A stretch of 64,000 bases of DNA from Bugula neritina. Taxonomy: Eukaryota > Animalia > Bryozoa. A program made the translations under genes and the position numbers. Below are positions 1-13,200 of the stretch, in pieces. Positions within the stretch are counted from its first letter, which is position 1. Every line of letters begins with the position of its first letter. Below the pieces are notes generated by a model that saw nothing but the letters and a program-made list of their open reading frames with translations, did no database searches and was not told where the DNA came from. Where the stretch lies: positions 12,658,698 through 12,722,697 of the forward strand of contig OZ037765.1 in the NCBI GenBank assembly GCA_964035545.1. Direction: 5' to 3'.

Positions 1-3000
1 GCCAGCTCTTTTTCTTGCAATACAACTTTCATCTTCTTTCGGCTAAAAAATATTTATAAAAAGTAAGTGACATGTAGTGAGTTATGTGATAAGCCTATTG
101 AGTTATTCTTTAACAAGTAAATGCTGCTATAAATGCAATCATAAGGTTTGTGATACATCCTCAATAAGTTTGTGTGACTGTTATGTGAGATTAGGAGAAA
201 TGATCAGATTTTACTACAGAGCAGCAGTGGTTCAAAGGTTAAAGTGAAGGTTAAGCATGACAAATTTGTTCTAGGTCATGGGTTTAAATCTCAGCGGAGT
301 CATTGATGGATAATGGCAAGAAGAGCATCTGATCATAACTACTCCTGTACCACAACAAAGTTCCCAAAACTGCATTACCAATGTAGTGAAAGGCGTGGCC
401 CTTAACCCACACTATAAACTTGTGCTATAAGAATTGTGGCTATATCAAATAAGATATGAAAATCTAGTATTGTTTACCTATATGACGTGCTCAGAGCAAT
501 AACTATTAGACCAATTATTATGAGTACCCCAACTCCAATGGCAAACAAAATATACCAGTTCTGTTCATACCATGAAGGCTCCTGCAATGCAAAAGCATAG
601 GTTGCAAATTTTAAGTTGTTATAGCAATGCAAAAAAGGGAATTAAAATCTGCTTGGTTAATTTAAATACTTAAGCATGCTTGACTTAAAAAATAGATGAA
701 AATACATACAGTAGAAGTTATAAGTAACCCAAATAATGCACAAAAATAAAAAGAAGCATATGCATATCTAAACTGGGTGCAGTGTGAGAAAACAGGCGAA
801 AATACAAGCAATATAGGCTACTTGCATCAACCTACCTGGTCTTGTTTATAGGCAGAGTTTTGTGGGCTAGACTGAACCATCTCACCAATAAATAGCTCAT
901 TCTTTTCGTTAATAAATTTTCCTATTTCGTTTTTATCATCAGCCTCATTCATTTTCTTAACAAGTTCCTCTCTTTCTTCAGGTGATGTATTCTCAGTTAC
1001 AGCTTGCAATCTTAGCACAGTGACGTGTTTATCACTGCAAAAATATATGCATGTAAGTATTAATCCAACTTAGCTGCCTACTCACTGTAAATCTGTTTGA
1101 TGAAAAGTGTAATTTAAAATAAGGAAAACAACATTTGGTAAAACAATGAAGACATAACTTGTAATGACTTTTTAATACTTTTTAGTGAGATAGTATTTTA
1201 CCAAATGCTCGATTACATAATGAGACTGCCTGCTAACTGACAGGGGAGTTGATGTTGAGTTGAAAAATACAACATGCTCAGACACATGTAAGTTATGTTA
1301 TGCAAGCAAGAAAGAGCTAGCAAACATGGAGTATGCCAGAGAAAATGGGCTAGAGAAGGAAAGCTTTGACGAAGAGAAAGACGCTTTTGATATGCAGCAT
1401 CATCATAGGTGCATACAAAACATAATGGAATCTTCAGGAGGAATAAAACACATAACTAAGGATTATAGCCAGACCCAAACCTATGCATTGATGAAATAAG
1501 CTTAATGTTGTTACAGCTAGGAATTAATTCATCATCAATACCTGTTCTTATCTTTCATGTCTTCAATATCCATGATTTTCAGCCCCGTGACTTGTGGGTA
1601 CATTGCTTTTAAGAAGCCAGCTAACTTTAACTTTACCTTTTCTAATTCACTTTCTTTTACAAAGCCCATGAAAGCCACTTTCATGTTGATGTTAGCTTCA
1701 CCATCTTTAGTCAGCTCAATTTGTACTGCAAAAAGATCACTTGAGTTACTTTAAAAATTCACCACATAATCAATATTGGCCTATTTTTTGGGTTAGTAAG
1801 CTTATTGAAATAAATAATTCCTCTTACTGGCTGATTTCCAGTTATCTGTTGGCGTGGTTCTAGTTGGTTTAGCTGTAGTTGGCAAAGCTGTAGTTGGCGC
1901 AGCTGTAGTTGGTGCAGCTGTAGTTTTCGCAGCTGTAGTTGGTGTAGTTGTAGTTGACGCAGCTGTAGTTGGTGCAGCTGTGGTTGGTTTAGGTGTGGTA
2001 GGCTTAGCTGTACTTGGTTTGACTGTACTTGGTTTAGCTGTACTTGGTTCAGCTGTACTTGGTGCAGCTGTAGTTGGTGCAGCTGTAGTTGGCTCAGCTG
2101 TAGTTAAGTTAGCTGTAGCTGAATCATTTGTGGTCAGTTCAACCGTGGTTGATGCAACTGTAGTTGGTTCAACTGTAGTAGGTTTTGCTGTAGTTAGGTT
2201 AGCTGTAGTTAGGTTAGCTGTAGTTAGGTTAGCTGTAGTTGGCTCAGCTGTAGTTAAGTTAGCTGTAGCTGAATCATTTGTGGTCAGTTCAACCGTGGTT
2301 GATGCAACTGTAGTTGGTTCAACTGTAGTAGGTTTTGCTGTAGTTGGTTCGGTACAAAGACCACAAGATTTTTTACACTCCTTCTGAACATCAACGTTAC
2401 TTACACACTCATTTTTCCTGAATAGACATAACGAAGAATCATCAACGCACTTTTCCACAGTAACAGCAGTTGTGAGTCTGGGTGACGTTACTGTTTCTGA
2501 GCACAGGCCACAATATCTTTGACAGTATGGTAATCTTTCCGGTTTTGAACAAGAGAGTGGGTCCATATTGCAGTTAGCTGAATCGGGGATTTTTGGGTTG
2601 CAAGGTTTCAAAGTAGTTGGTGCTTGACCATGTGCCTGCATAATGAAACATACATGTTATGTTGGTTACTTTAGTGTTCAGGATACACAGGCTAGTAAGT
2701 TTGCTTTAGAATCAAGTGAACATAGCATCAATTTACTACATGCTTATTTTCCTGTCATAAGTTTATTATTACTCCCAAATTACACAGCCCCAATAAACAA
2801 AGCTAGTAATAAATTTCTTTATAATGAACATTGGCCATGGTCTGAACAAGAAGATTTTATCTATTATGAGTAAAACAATATATTATTTCAACTGCATAAT
2901 TTGATATTTTTTGCCTGCAAATTTAACCATAACATTTTGAATTATACCACATAAAATGTTTGCTAGCCATCAATGAAGCTGTATGGAGACTATAATAGTT

Positions 3001-3305
3001 GTGATAAATTTTAGTGTATCAGCAAAAAACCTTAGATTCATGCAAAAACTGTCTAATAAAGTATGCCTTAATTAGGTTTTATAAGTTATAAGACCCAATA
3101 AGAAATTTTAGTACCTGATTACTTTTAAAAAAGAAAAGTTAGAAGTATGTTTATGGGTATAGCTGTGCAAGCATCAGAAAATTCATTTTCAAATGCATCT
3201 ATTTTCTCAGATTATTCATGATCACCTATACTAGTAGAACACTTAATTAATACTCACCACTACAAAACAGATAATTAGTAGAATGTAGCATGTCAGCTGT
3301 TCCAT
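1..3305 (-). CDS. Type I membrane protein: signal peptide, 2x ShKT-like, Thr-rich mucin stalk, SEA-like region, TM helix, cytoplasmic tail (3' end outside window)
   Basis: Phase-consistent GT-AG exons: 3305-3258 (MEQLTCYILLIICFVV), 2635-1828 (two 6-Cys modules ending CQRYCGLC and CKKSCGLC, then PTTA repeats), 1725-1542 (IQIELTKDGEANINMKVAF...), 1034-836, 581-478 (EPSWYEQNWYILFAIGVGVLIIIGLIVIALSTSY, TM), 42-1 (SRKKMKVVLQEKEL, positive-inside). SEA-like is inferred from position and size only. Confidence 0.85.
220..360 (+). mobile_element. Degenerate tRNA-derived SINE copy
   Basis: gagcagcagtgg..., catgggtttaaatc (B-box-like) and aagagcatctgatcataactactcctgt match the other SINE copies. Confidence 0.6.
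1860..2350 (-). repeat. Coding 15-bp tandem repeat (PTTAA/LTTAN/PSTAK mucin units) with a higher-order duplication of 150-bp period
   Basis: gctgtagttggtgca-type units; the block at 2091-2195 is repeated at 2241-2345. Confidence 0.9.
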
Positions 3306-4225
3306 TTTTTCTTGTTATACAAATGACAGGTAAGCTATTGAAAACTACAACCACACCCAAGTGAATGGTTAGCCATGCTATAACACTGTTCATATATACC
3401 TAACCGTTCAGATGGAAGCAAACAAAGATAAGGTGTCTTATAATTACCATAGTGATACATATAACTTCGCTAATCACTACCTTGCTGATAGTTCAACTTT
3501 TAATACTGTTATGGTTATAACAAAGTCCAATAGTGTAATAATAAAATAATATGATTTTTTCTTGAATAAATTCCACCATTACCAATATTAATAAATAAAA
3601 ATGTTGCAGTTGATGCGAATGACAACTGTTGTAGCTGTTACAACTATTGAAACTATAACAGAAGGAAAATATCATCTATACTGGTATTTTAGGACTAAAA
3701 CATAATTAAGCAAAATGCATAGCTTATGGCGTTGGACACAAAAATTCATTCACTGAATTGCATCAGACTGCAAAAATACTTATAAAATTGTCTCAATTTT
3801 AAAGCTAAAATTTTTTAATTGACATAAAATTTTGTAGATGGCCAAATTTTAAACTGCACAATGATGTCTTGAAGAGTAGCACTGAGGAGTTGAAACATTA
3901 CATAATATAATTTTATTTTAAAGTAATTTTCATAATAATAAAAAGAGTTTAGTAAGAAAAATAGTCAATCTACAAAGGGCATAAAAATAGCTGAAAAATT
4001 ATGGCGATATTCAAATATGAACGCCAATAGGAAATATGAGTGTGAATCATGTTCAAGTACTCCCTGACTATATCCATTTGATGTGTGGGTGTGAAATTGA
4101 ACCACCATACTGTTAGCTTATAACTTAATGTATACATAGATAAGATACTCTGTGTATGCTGATGGTGAATAATAATGATACATTATGATTAATACAAGTC
4201 AGTCAGTATTCTACAGTTACCATCA

Positions 4226-7200
4226 TTATTCTATGCAGTCTAATATACCACGCTGAGTTATGTACATATCTGGAGCAATGTGACTGTTCTTCAGTATGGA
4301 TGAAACTCTAACATGAAAGTGAACTTTAACCTGTATAATAGAGAAATGTATATGCATCATTTTGTATTACTATTGCTGCATTGCACATCACAAGTAAAAA
4401 AAGAAACACTATAGAGTTTATATTAGTTGCATTATGTTAATGATGGCACAAATCAGCTTAAACACTCTCTATACCTATATGGACAGTTTGAAAACGCAAG
4501 AAATGTAGATAAAGGCTACATTAAATTAGTAAAATTTCATAAACCTGACTTGCCTTAAATGTTTGGCGAATAGAAATCAGGCCATCTTTTGAAAAGATTT
4601 CTCTTGCTAAAGAGACTTGGGGTGTGTTGTAGAGGTCATGCAACTCCATCCTCTCATGCACACCTTGTTTTACTGCTACAACTAAATTTAGAATAACACT
4701 GAAACAGATGTGGACTATTAGGTTATAGAACATTTCCTGTCTATCACACTAAAACAAAATACATCAATTTTTTATGTGACTTCTTGAGCAACAGTAATAA
4801 TCGACCATTAAATTTCCAAATGAGTCCCACCACATTAAACTAAGTCTAGTTTTGGATATCTTAAATGAGCTTGAGACTGATAAAATATGGCTGTAATGGA
4901 CTTTAGTCATGGCCGGTGATTTAATAAGTTTATAAACATATCACATTATATTATTAGGATTAAGATATCAGTGTGTGGATAATGAAGTCAATGGTATTTC
5001 TGGAGCAGCTGTATTCAGATACCAAACTAACGTTGACATACTACAAGTGATACTACAAGTGATTTTACTTGTTGAAGTGACACATATATAAAATAAACTA
5101 ATCCAGAGACTTTATCAAGAAAATAACACCAAAGAGAGGGGAATATGTTTTTACCATTGATATTAGAAAGAAACAATGGAAACTATAAAATTTTTAATTC
5201 GATTTCTTTAAGTAGTCATTAAACTGGGAACAGGGAGCAGCCGTGATCTAGGGGGTTGAGCCTTTGCCTATTAAGCGTGAAGTCATGGGTTCGAACCCCA
5301 ACAAAGGCCATTGGTGATGTTAGAAAGAGCATCCAGTCATAATTGCTCCTGTTCCCCATCTGAATAAGTCATTAGCCCAATTTAACAAAAAAAACTTTTG
5401 TCAGGGTTTTTCACAGATATAGTGACTATAAGCTTGCGGGTTTTTAAACTGAGAACAATTTCATGCAGAATCCAGCATTATTCCACATAAGCTAAATTCA
5501 AGCAGACTAAAAGTTAAGTATCATAAATCTACACATGATAGTAAACTAGCAGGATTTCATACCTTCTACATCTGGTACAGATAGCATTCCCTCATATTCA
5601 CACACTACATCATTTGCATCCGGATCTTTAATTCCACCTGTTAACATTTCAGAAGCCCTCCGTTGACATTCCTTTAACTTCTTCAGATAAACATAACGCT
5701 TCACAGCTAAAAACAAATAGCTAAGTTTATTGGTAACTTCACTAAAAGAATGAAGATTTGTCCAAAAGTTATTGAGTTAATTTATGAGTCTTAAAAAACA
5801 TGACATTTAAAACAATGTAAATTTTTGCATTTATCGGCAGCTAAATAACAACTCATTCTTAAAACCGGGTACTCTAATAGATTGAAAGAGTTCAATATTC
5901 AAAGCACATGAAGTTTACATAGAGTCTTGTAAATAGAAATTAGCAAATGCTGCTCTTATTAAATATGCAAACTTTTGCCAGCAAGAAAATATCCACGCAA
6001 TCATACCTTATGCAGGTGACTTTTTATATCATTATTGAGTGATTCAAACCAACCTCTAGTTATGATTCTAGACGCCCAGTCTTGTAACTTATGCAACCTC
6101 AGCAATTTGTATTTTCTCCAGGCACATTGAATAGAAAAAGCATAAATATTCAACTTCTTTCTTTTAGCCTTTTCCAAAGCATTCAACTAAAATTTCGGTA
6201 AGAAAAAACTGATGTTGGACAAATAAATTCCGAAAATTCAAAACTGGCACAACACAGTAGTAGATTGTTGTAGCAGCCAATTGAAGTACTGATATCTAAT
6301 TGCTAGTTAACTAAAAACAAATACAAGCACCATCTTGAGACTTTTCTAATATTTCAGGTAGGTTGAAGCTAGGAAATGGCAATAGAACAAAGATATTATC
6401 AACATCGTACATGGCTGTAAAAACCTGGGCAGTATATTTAGAGTGACTAGTTGAGTAAAATAGTATCATTAAGTTGCTTACAATGCTACTATTCTTGATA
6501 AAGATTTTGGTTAATCCATAGGAGACCAGTCTGTGCATATCCAAGCTAACCACTGACTCTATGATAGACCGGCACCCCACCTCATCATCCTTCTTCACTG
6601 AAAAAAATTGTTGAAAATTATATAACAGATACAATAAAAAACTATTTATACCATAAAAATGCAATTCGAAATCCAGTTATTGTTAACAAAAGTAAAATAA
6701 TAGATTTTACACTCTATTCCATTTCTCACCACATTTGCACAGGTATACAAGTTTAGTATGCAGGGCTCACTGTTCACTTGCAATTTTCACAACTAATAAA
6801 TGAAATAAAGCTTTCAGTACTAAAATCAGCAATATTTTACTATTAAAATAGGTTTATAAAATACTATTTTAAACGATTTCTCAGTCTTAAAAAACGTCCA
6901 AATTTGGAGCACACTCACTAGAATAAAGAGTGACATGCCATAAATTAACTTAAATGTAGGAAAATATTTTTTGAAAAATGAAGCAATTATAAACTCTTGT
7001 TAGTTTTTCATTAAAGAATATGGCTTAAAAATTGATCACAACATTCTATTATTTTGTACTGAGTGACATACTATATATTTTATCAACAAGTGTGATACCA
7101 TTATTACATTATTGTTGCTTTTGAAATAAGTCGACTTGAAAAGTGTAAGTGATTATTTAAAATACATTCAAAAGAGCCAGAACAAATATGTGGCTAGCTA

Positions 7201-10200
7201 AACTATTTTGTGATAACAAAGCTTGCATAATGATAACTTTCACTGCTGTTAAATACTAATCATAGAGCAGCGGTTCCCAACCTTTTTGATACAACTCCCT
7301 CCTTTCATAAATGTTGACTATTAATTTCTCCCTTTCGAAAAGTGAATAAAATTTATGACTGACATAATGATAATATATGATACCATGCAATGTATTTTGT
7401 TCTATTATGTTTGCATATAATATAATATAATTATCATATTAATATACTATAATTATCATATTATTTTTATTCGCTGCAGTTGATGGCTTTTGTGCCAGCT
7501 TGCTTGAGCCTGGTGCTGTTTTTGACCAGGCCCATCTTAAGTCACTCTGCAGGTTAAGGCAGTTTCTCTTTGAATTGATGAAAATCCTACCTCACACTGA
7601 TAAGTGGTGTTGAATGGCACCAAAACTCTGCTTTGCCAGCTATGTGTGAGTTACTTGTTGAAACCCAGAATGATTTTAGGTAAAAAAGGTATATGTAAAA
7701 ATGGGACAGGTAATAATGGCACAAATGGAAAAGTAGGTGCCATTTTTACCTAATTTTCTATTTATGCCATTATTACCTGTGCCATTCCTACTGGACACCA
7801 CCTACAATACATCAATTGGAGAAGATTTCAAATTATCCTTTATTGCTGAATTGTGAACCAACTCAATGAAATCCTCCTGTAATTTCTCTGAAATCTTTTC
7901 AACAAAGCGTTGCAATGGGTCACATGTCAAGTTAAAAATCTAGTTGTTCCTACTTGGGAGGTAGCTCAGAGAAATAGCATTAAAACTCCATTAAAATTTC
8001 AGAGAGATGCCTACAAGTTTTTCAAAAAATGATCTGAAACAGGTGGTGTCCTGTAAAAACGGCACAGGTGAGAATGGCACGGGTGAAAATGGCACAAATG
8101 GAAAATTAGGTAAAACTGGCACATTTTCAATTTTGGGATTGAAGATGTGGTTGGGGGTTAGGGGCTAAGGATAGGGGGTTTGGAAGTTTGGGTTTTGGGA
8201 AAATTTTAACACCGGTGTGCAATTTTTACCTGTGCCATTTTTACCTAAAATTGAAACAGGTTCTTCTCCTATAAAAGTTAGAGTGTGGGGAAAAAAGCCA
8301 TGTTTTTAACAGAGACGCCACCACTTTAGTGCTCCTATTTAAAACAATAATATGATGATTGTACTCCTGCATTTTTAGGTTTTTATTATTTAGTGTTGCA
8401 AATATCTTCACTAGGTATGTAGTATACAGTGCATAGAGATTGACTTGCATGGCTGCTAAAAGTTGGCCTGTTGGTTTTTGCAAATTTTTTGACCTATATT
8501 CGAAGTAGCACAGAAAGCAGTTAGGGTAGAGTAATTAATAAACACGTTCATGTAGAAGTAAACTGAGATTGCAGAATATAGTTTGGTTAAATAGATGAAC
8601 CAAGATGAAGGTTTACAGATATACATGTAACTTGCAAGAGCTCAAAAAGCCTTCAACAAACTTCGTGAATTTTTCAAATTCCAAATACTCCCCCTAAAAT
8701 GTCAAAATTCCTCCCTAGGAGGAAATTCCACCCATGTTGGGACCACTGTTATAGAGGCAGCAGCTATAAAAAAATGTTATTTTACTACCAGTTAGCTAGC
8801 TAAGTAATTCTACAAGAGATAGCATTTTTTAATTTTCCACTCACAGCAAGTAACAGCAAACAATGATCACACTCATTATTATGACAGTCTACTGAATAGT
8901 AAATACTCAAAGCTGAAATTAAATGAAATCACATATATATTGCACAATAATGCATGTAAAGACCAAATACAGAGGCATGCTGTGTTACAATTTCATCTTC
9001 TACTTCATGAGTAACCAACCAATAATTGATAGAGAATAAATTTCAATTTAAAAAATGGGTGAAACTTGGTTTTCAAAACAGCTTTGGTGTTTTACGAAAT
9101 TACTGTACAATATATACATTTTTCTACACTAAATGTCTGCACCTACCATGTTTCATTGCAACGTCAGGAGAACTTGATAGACTTTGAGGGCCTTTATTGA
9201 GTTGGATAGAAGGTCCAAGAGTTCGCCTATTAAACTTGTTTTTGCAATGTGTGGTTTTAGGTAAACCCTCATTCTCTTTACCAGCTGACTTTGCATCTAC
9301 TGGTGGACTCAGTATTTTGTATGCTGACATAAAGGTGACATAGCTTATCCTGAAAATGCACATATGACACACATATGGCATACTGTACATTCACTATAAT
9401 ATTGATGTTGTAAACACACACCACCTTAATTTATAAAAAAAAAAACAATTAATTTCATGATATTTAGTATCTTGACATTTATAACACCAAATTTAATATT
9501 AAACAAGTTATCAAGCATTCTATTTTACATATTGACAAAGTGATAGCATGCTTAATTAATGTTTGTAGAGCATGTTTCATTCAGGGCAAGCTAATCTGCA
9601 CACGTAACAACATACCAGGAGTAATATGACACGAAGTAAAACTTCACCCACCTAGTAGAATAGGCTTGTGACCTTATCTTGACTGTTTCTAATATACCAC
9701 ATGCTGCCAACTGCCGGCTAACAAACTTATCATCAAATATAGCAGATTTACCAACATTGTTTGGTTTGATACATCTTACATACATGCACTCCGTATTGTG
9801 AAGTTTGCTTAATAAATCGTCCAAACTATGCTGCAAAGCAAGAAAAATAACAGTGCAAGTGGGATCAATTCATGAGAAATACATTTTGCTAAAGTTTCTA
9901 AAACTCATTACAACGTGCTAGAGTTTAAATAAAATTGTGAAATTTAATTACAAAATAATGAGAACAACGTTAATGTGGCCATATACTAATTCTGCAATCT
10001 CAGCTATAAATTTTAAAATTATTTCTTCAGAAAAAAATAAGAATAGCAATTGAATAATAGTACAGATAATTAACCAATCCCAGTTAACATAATAAAAACC
10101 TTTCCGTGCTACACTACTGTTCAGGATAGATTTTGAATCATGGGAAATAAAAATTAGCACTGTTGTTAGACTACCAAGTGATAATAGAAATTAGAAATTT

Positions 10201-13200
10201 AAAAGGGAGATTATGCTAACAATTAACTTATATAAAAACTCTTCTGACTAACCCAACCTTTTGAACTAAAGAAATTTCGAGCTTACAGCAAATATTCTAC
10301 TAGCTTCATCATTGTTTAACCCAAGCATCTGCCTAATTAGTTTACGGGTTTCAAAGTTTGATTGATTTTTGTTTTCAGCCTGAAATTGAGTGCTGAGTTA
10401 GTCATGGGCATGAGGCTATCTATGCACATATAAATAGTAGCCAGCTACTCTCCAAGTTCAAGTATTTTATTTATAATTGAAAGTTTGAAATCCAAATTGT
10501 TCAAATCTAACAAAACCGTGAATAATTTGAGATAAGAAACCACAATAATCTTGGCCGGTTGCTAGATTTCTAAGTGGTCAGCAAATAAATGCTTGGTTTT
10601 AATTTCTACACCCCTCCCCCTTCTTGTTTTTAATACCGCCCTTCAACTTAACTGATGGTCACTTGAAAAATACTTTCCTAGATAATCAAATGATGGGGGG
10701 GGGGGGGGGAGAGGAGGAGAACTCAACAAAGTCAAGTCCTGCCCTATCAAGCTACCTGAATACCAAGTGTAACATTATAAGCCATCCTCTCTTATTACAT
10801 TTGCAAAGTTAAAGCTAAACTGTGAGTTAAACCTATTGTATAAGACAAACTTGAAAAAATATAGCAGTGAGCTGTGCATTTGAAGCAAAAAAGATAAGTT
10901 ATCTCCATAAACTTCAAAGAGAAAGTTAATACGTGGGTAGAGATAGTAGTGCATACTGTAGATACACACACCCTTTTCTTAAGTTTTACTAGCCGTGATA
11001 AACCGGTTTGCTTTGTAAGAACCTTACAGTGGTAGCTGATATCTCTGTTAACTACATCATAGGCGTAGCAGATATCAGCATGAAGACTAGTTTGAGGCCC
11101 CTTGAAATCAACAACATTTAAATGAGTCAAATCCCCTGCCTACTTCCTTGGCAGATGGTTATATTAGTTTTTTCCCCACAAACTGGTTTACTAAAAACTA
11201 ATGCAAGTTTATAGTCACCATCCCTGTGAGAAACCCCTGATGGAAAAGGGTTTTTGTTAAATCCCGCTAAGGACTTATTCAGATGAGGCACAGGAGCAAT
11301 TATGACTGAATGCTCTTCCTAACATCACCAATGGCCTTTGTCAGAGCTTGAACCCATAACTTCGTGCTCACTAGGCAAACACTCCAACCCCTTAGACCAC
11401 AGCTGCTCCCAAAACTGGTTTACTAAAAACATTTCTCTTAAATCAAATTTAACCTTAAATCTTGAGAGCACAGTTTTCTTCTTAGGCACTCCTTTGGCAG
11501 CTGGTGGGTTGCTAGCTATAAGACAGGTGACGAAGGATGACTGACTTTCAACTAGTGCTGTCTCTATATCAGCTGGTATTAAATCCTGTCAGAAAATAAC
11601 ACAAAGTCAAGGATGAACGTGAAATACTTACTAGAATAACTAACTTACTGAATTCATTCAATATGTTTTAAGAAGATTGAAATCTTGGCTGGTTGAATTG
11701 TAAATGAATTATGAATGACTAAAGGGCAACTTTCACTTGAAAAACTAGATTGACTTTATGAAATTCTAAAATCTAAATCATAATTAGGCTTTTATTTCTA
11801 ATGATTAGTTTTAACTCGAGAAGGTTTAAAAGAAAGCAGTAACTCCTAAAATAGTTATATTAGTATAGTATAAGAGCTAATTAGTCAACCAAATTGCAGT
11901 CAGTCAAGAAACTGGACTTTTAAATAACCCAACAACACCACATCAACTAGTCAACTAATCCAGAAACTTATTTCTAATACTTAACTTCAGTATTTAGGAA
12001 GATGTTACACCCAGAACAGCTCAAACATTTATAAAAAAAAACAAGAAAGTTGAAAAACTACCATGTTTTTCTCTACAAGACCTGTAGAGGAGTAAGTGAC
12101 ACAGCCTGCATAGTGCTGAATGGTAAACTGTTTATTCAGTACATCCTTATGGCGGCAAGTGAGATTAGGGTGGCCCTTCAAGGGTGCCAGTTGTTCAGAC
12201 ACCTCTTGGGCTTTGATTCTGTTCAATTGGCACTCCTTCAACAGTTATTACAGGTAATCATGACAACTGCTTGGTAGTAAAAGTAGAAGATCTGGGAAGT
12301 CATAGGAAATCAGGTGATATTGGTTGCGTTTTCATAGACGCAGTTGGTGATTGCAAAGCTGAGATAAAAATATAATTAGAACTAGGATTCAATCAATAGA
12401 ATGCCAGTGAAGGGTGATAAGATAATTGCATCACCTAATACTCTCAAGTAGCAGTAGGAGAGCTGCTTTACTGTTTACTACTTGTCCTATGCACTCAAGT
12501 GGCTTGGTAAATTAAATCCATTTAGAGTAAAACAAGTACAACTTTACCCAACTGAAGCTTAAACACCGTAAAACTATAATGTAGAACAACTCTTTGTGGT
12601 TAGATAATTTCCTGGAGTCCAACAGCAAGTTTTACCAATGCAATTACAAAAGTTTCATTTGACTAGAACTTCTATGCGTTGGTAAAATGCTTTCAGCTGT
12701 AGGTTGGCAAATTAAAATTGATTTATATTAAATTAATTTGAAGTGTATTTATGCCTTTACTGAAAAAGTTTCAGCTGCCTGGCACTTTCTTATAGCTGCA
12801 CTAAAACTCATTAAAATTGACTAATGACTCACCTATCCCTTTGAAAAAAAAAACATAACCACAAAGTCAATTGCATAATGAGAGCTATAATTAAAAGCTT
12901 TCATTTGGATTAAGACGATTTATTCAACACCCTTAAAGCAAATCATCTAAATTCTAATAAAAAGTCAAATATGGGCAGCTAAAGGATTAATCACTCTAAG
13001 AATTTGATAGGGAAAGCCATTATTCCTGAGTGTTAATATAATGCAACCACCATGGAATAGATTACGTATTCCATGAATAAGTTAGCAGTTATAAGCAGGT
13101 TCAAACCAAACTATAGGAAGCTCTGCAGTTGAAGATCAAACACCTTGAAGGAATTTGCTAGATGACAACAAGCAAACTCCAATTGTGTTTCTTTATTAGA

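Larger units (their letters stand above)
7268..8748 (-). mobile_element. Decayed hAT (Charlie/Buster-like) DNA transposon in a MYO19 intron
   Basis: TIRs cagcggttcccaac ... gttgggaccactg; 8-bp TSD tcatagag/ttatagag; minus-strand transposase remnants [16 protein letters not shown] and [12 protein letters not shown] (hAT C-terminal dimerisation motif) and [14 protein letters not shown]. Confidence 0.85.

Noticed and set aside
1260-1499. 79-aa plus ORF inside the ShKT gene intron
   Set aside because: Non-ATG start, no recognisable domain and no linkable splice partners; may be a TE remnant.
1860-2350. Regular repeats as a possible CRISPR array
   Set aside because: No unique spacers; coding tandem repeat in a eukaryotic gene.
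1854-2387. 177-aa Val/Ala/Gly ORF on plus
   Set aside because: Antisense shadow of the mucin repeat.
3860-3905. cttgaagag...gttgaaac (copy at ~33500) as another hammerhead
   Set aside because: Core is not CUGANGA and stems II and III do not form convincingly.
5240-5305. tRNA gene
   Set aside because: A/B boxes belong to a multi-copy SINE with TSDs; no acceptor stem.
10795-11130. 111-aa minus ORF in a MYO19 intron
   Set aside because: Not myosin-like, and the flanking exons join in phase without it.
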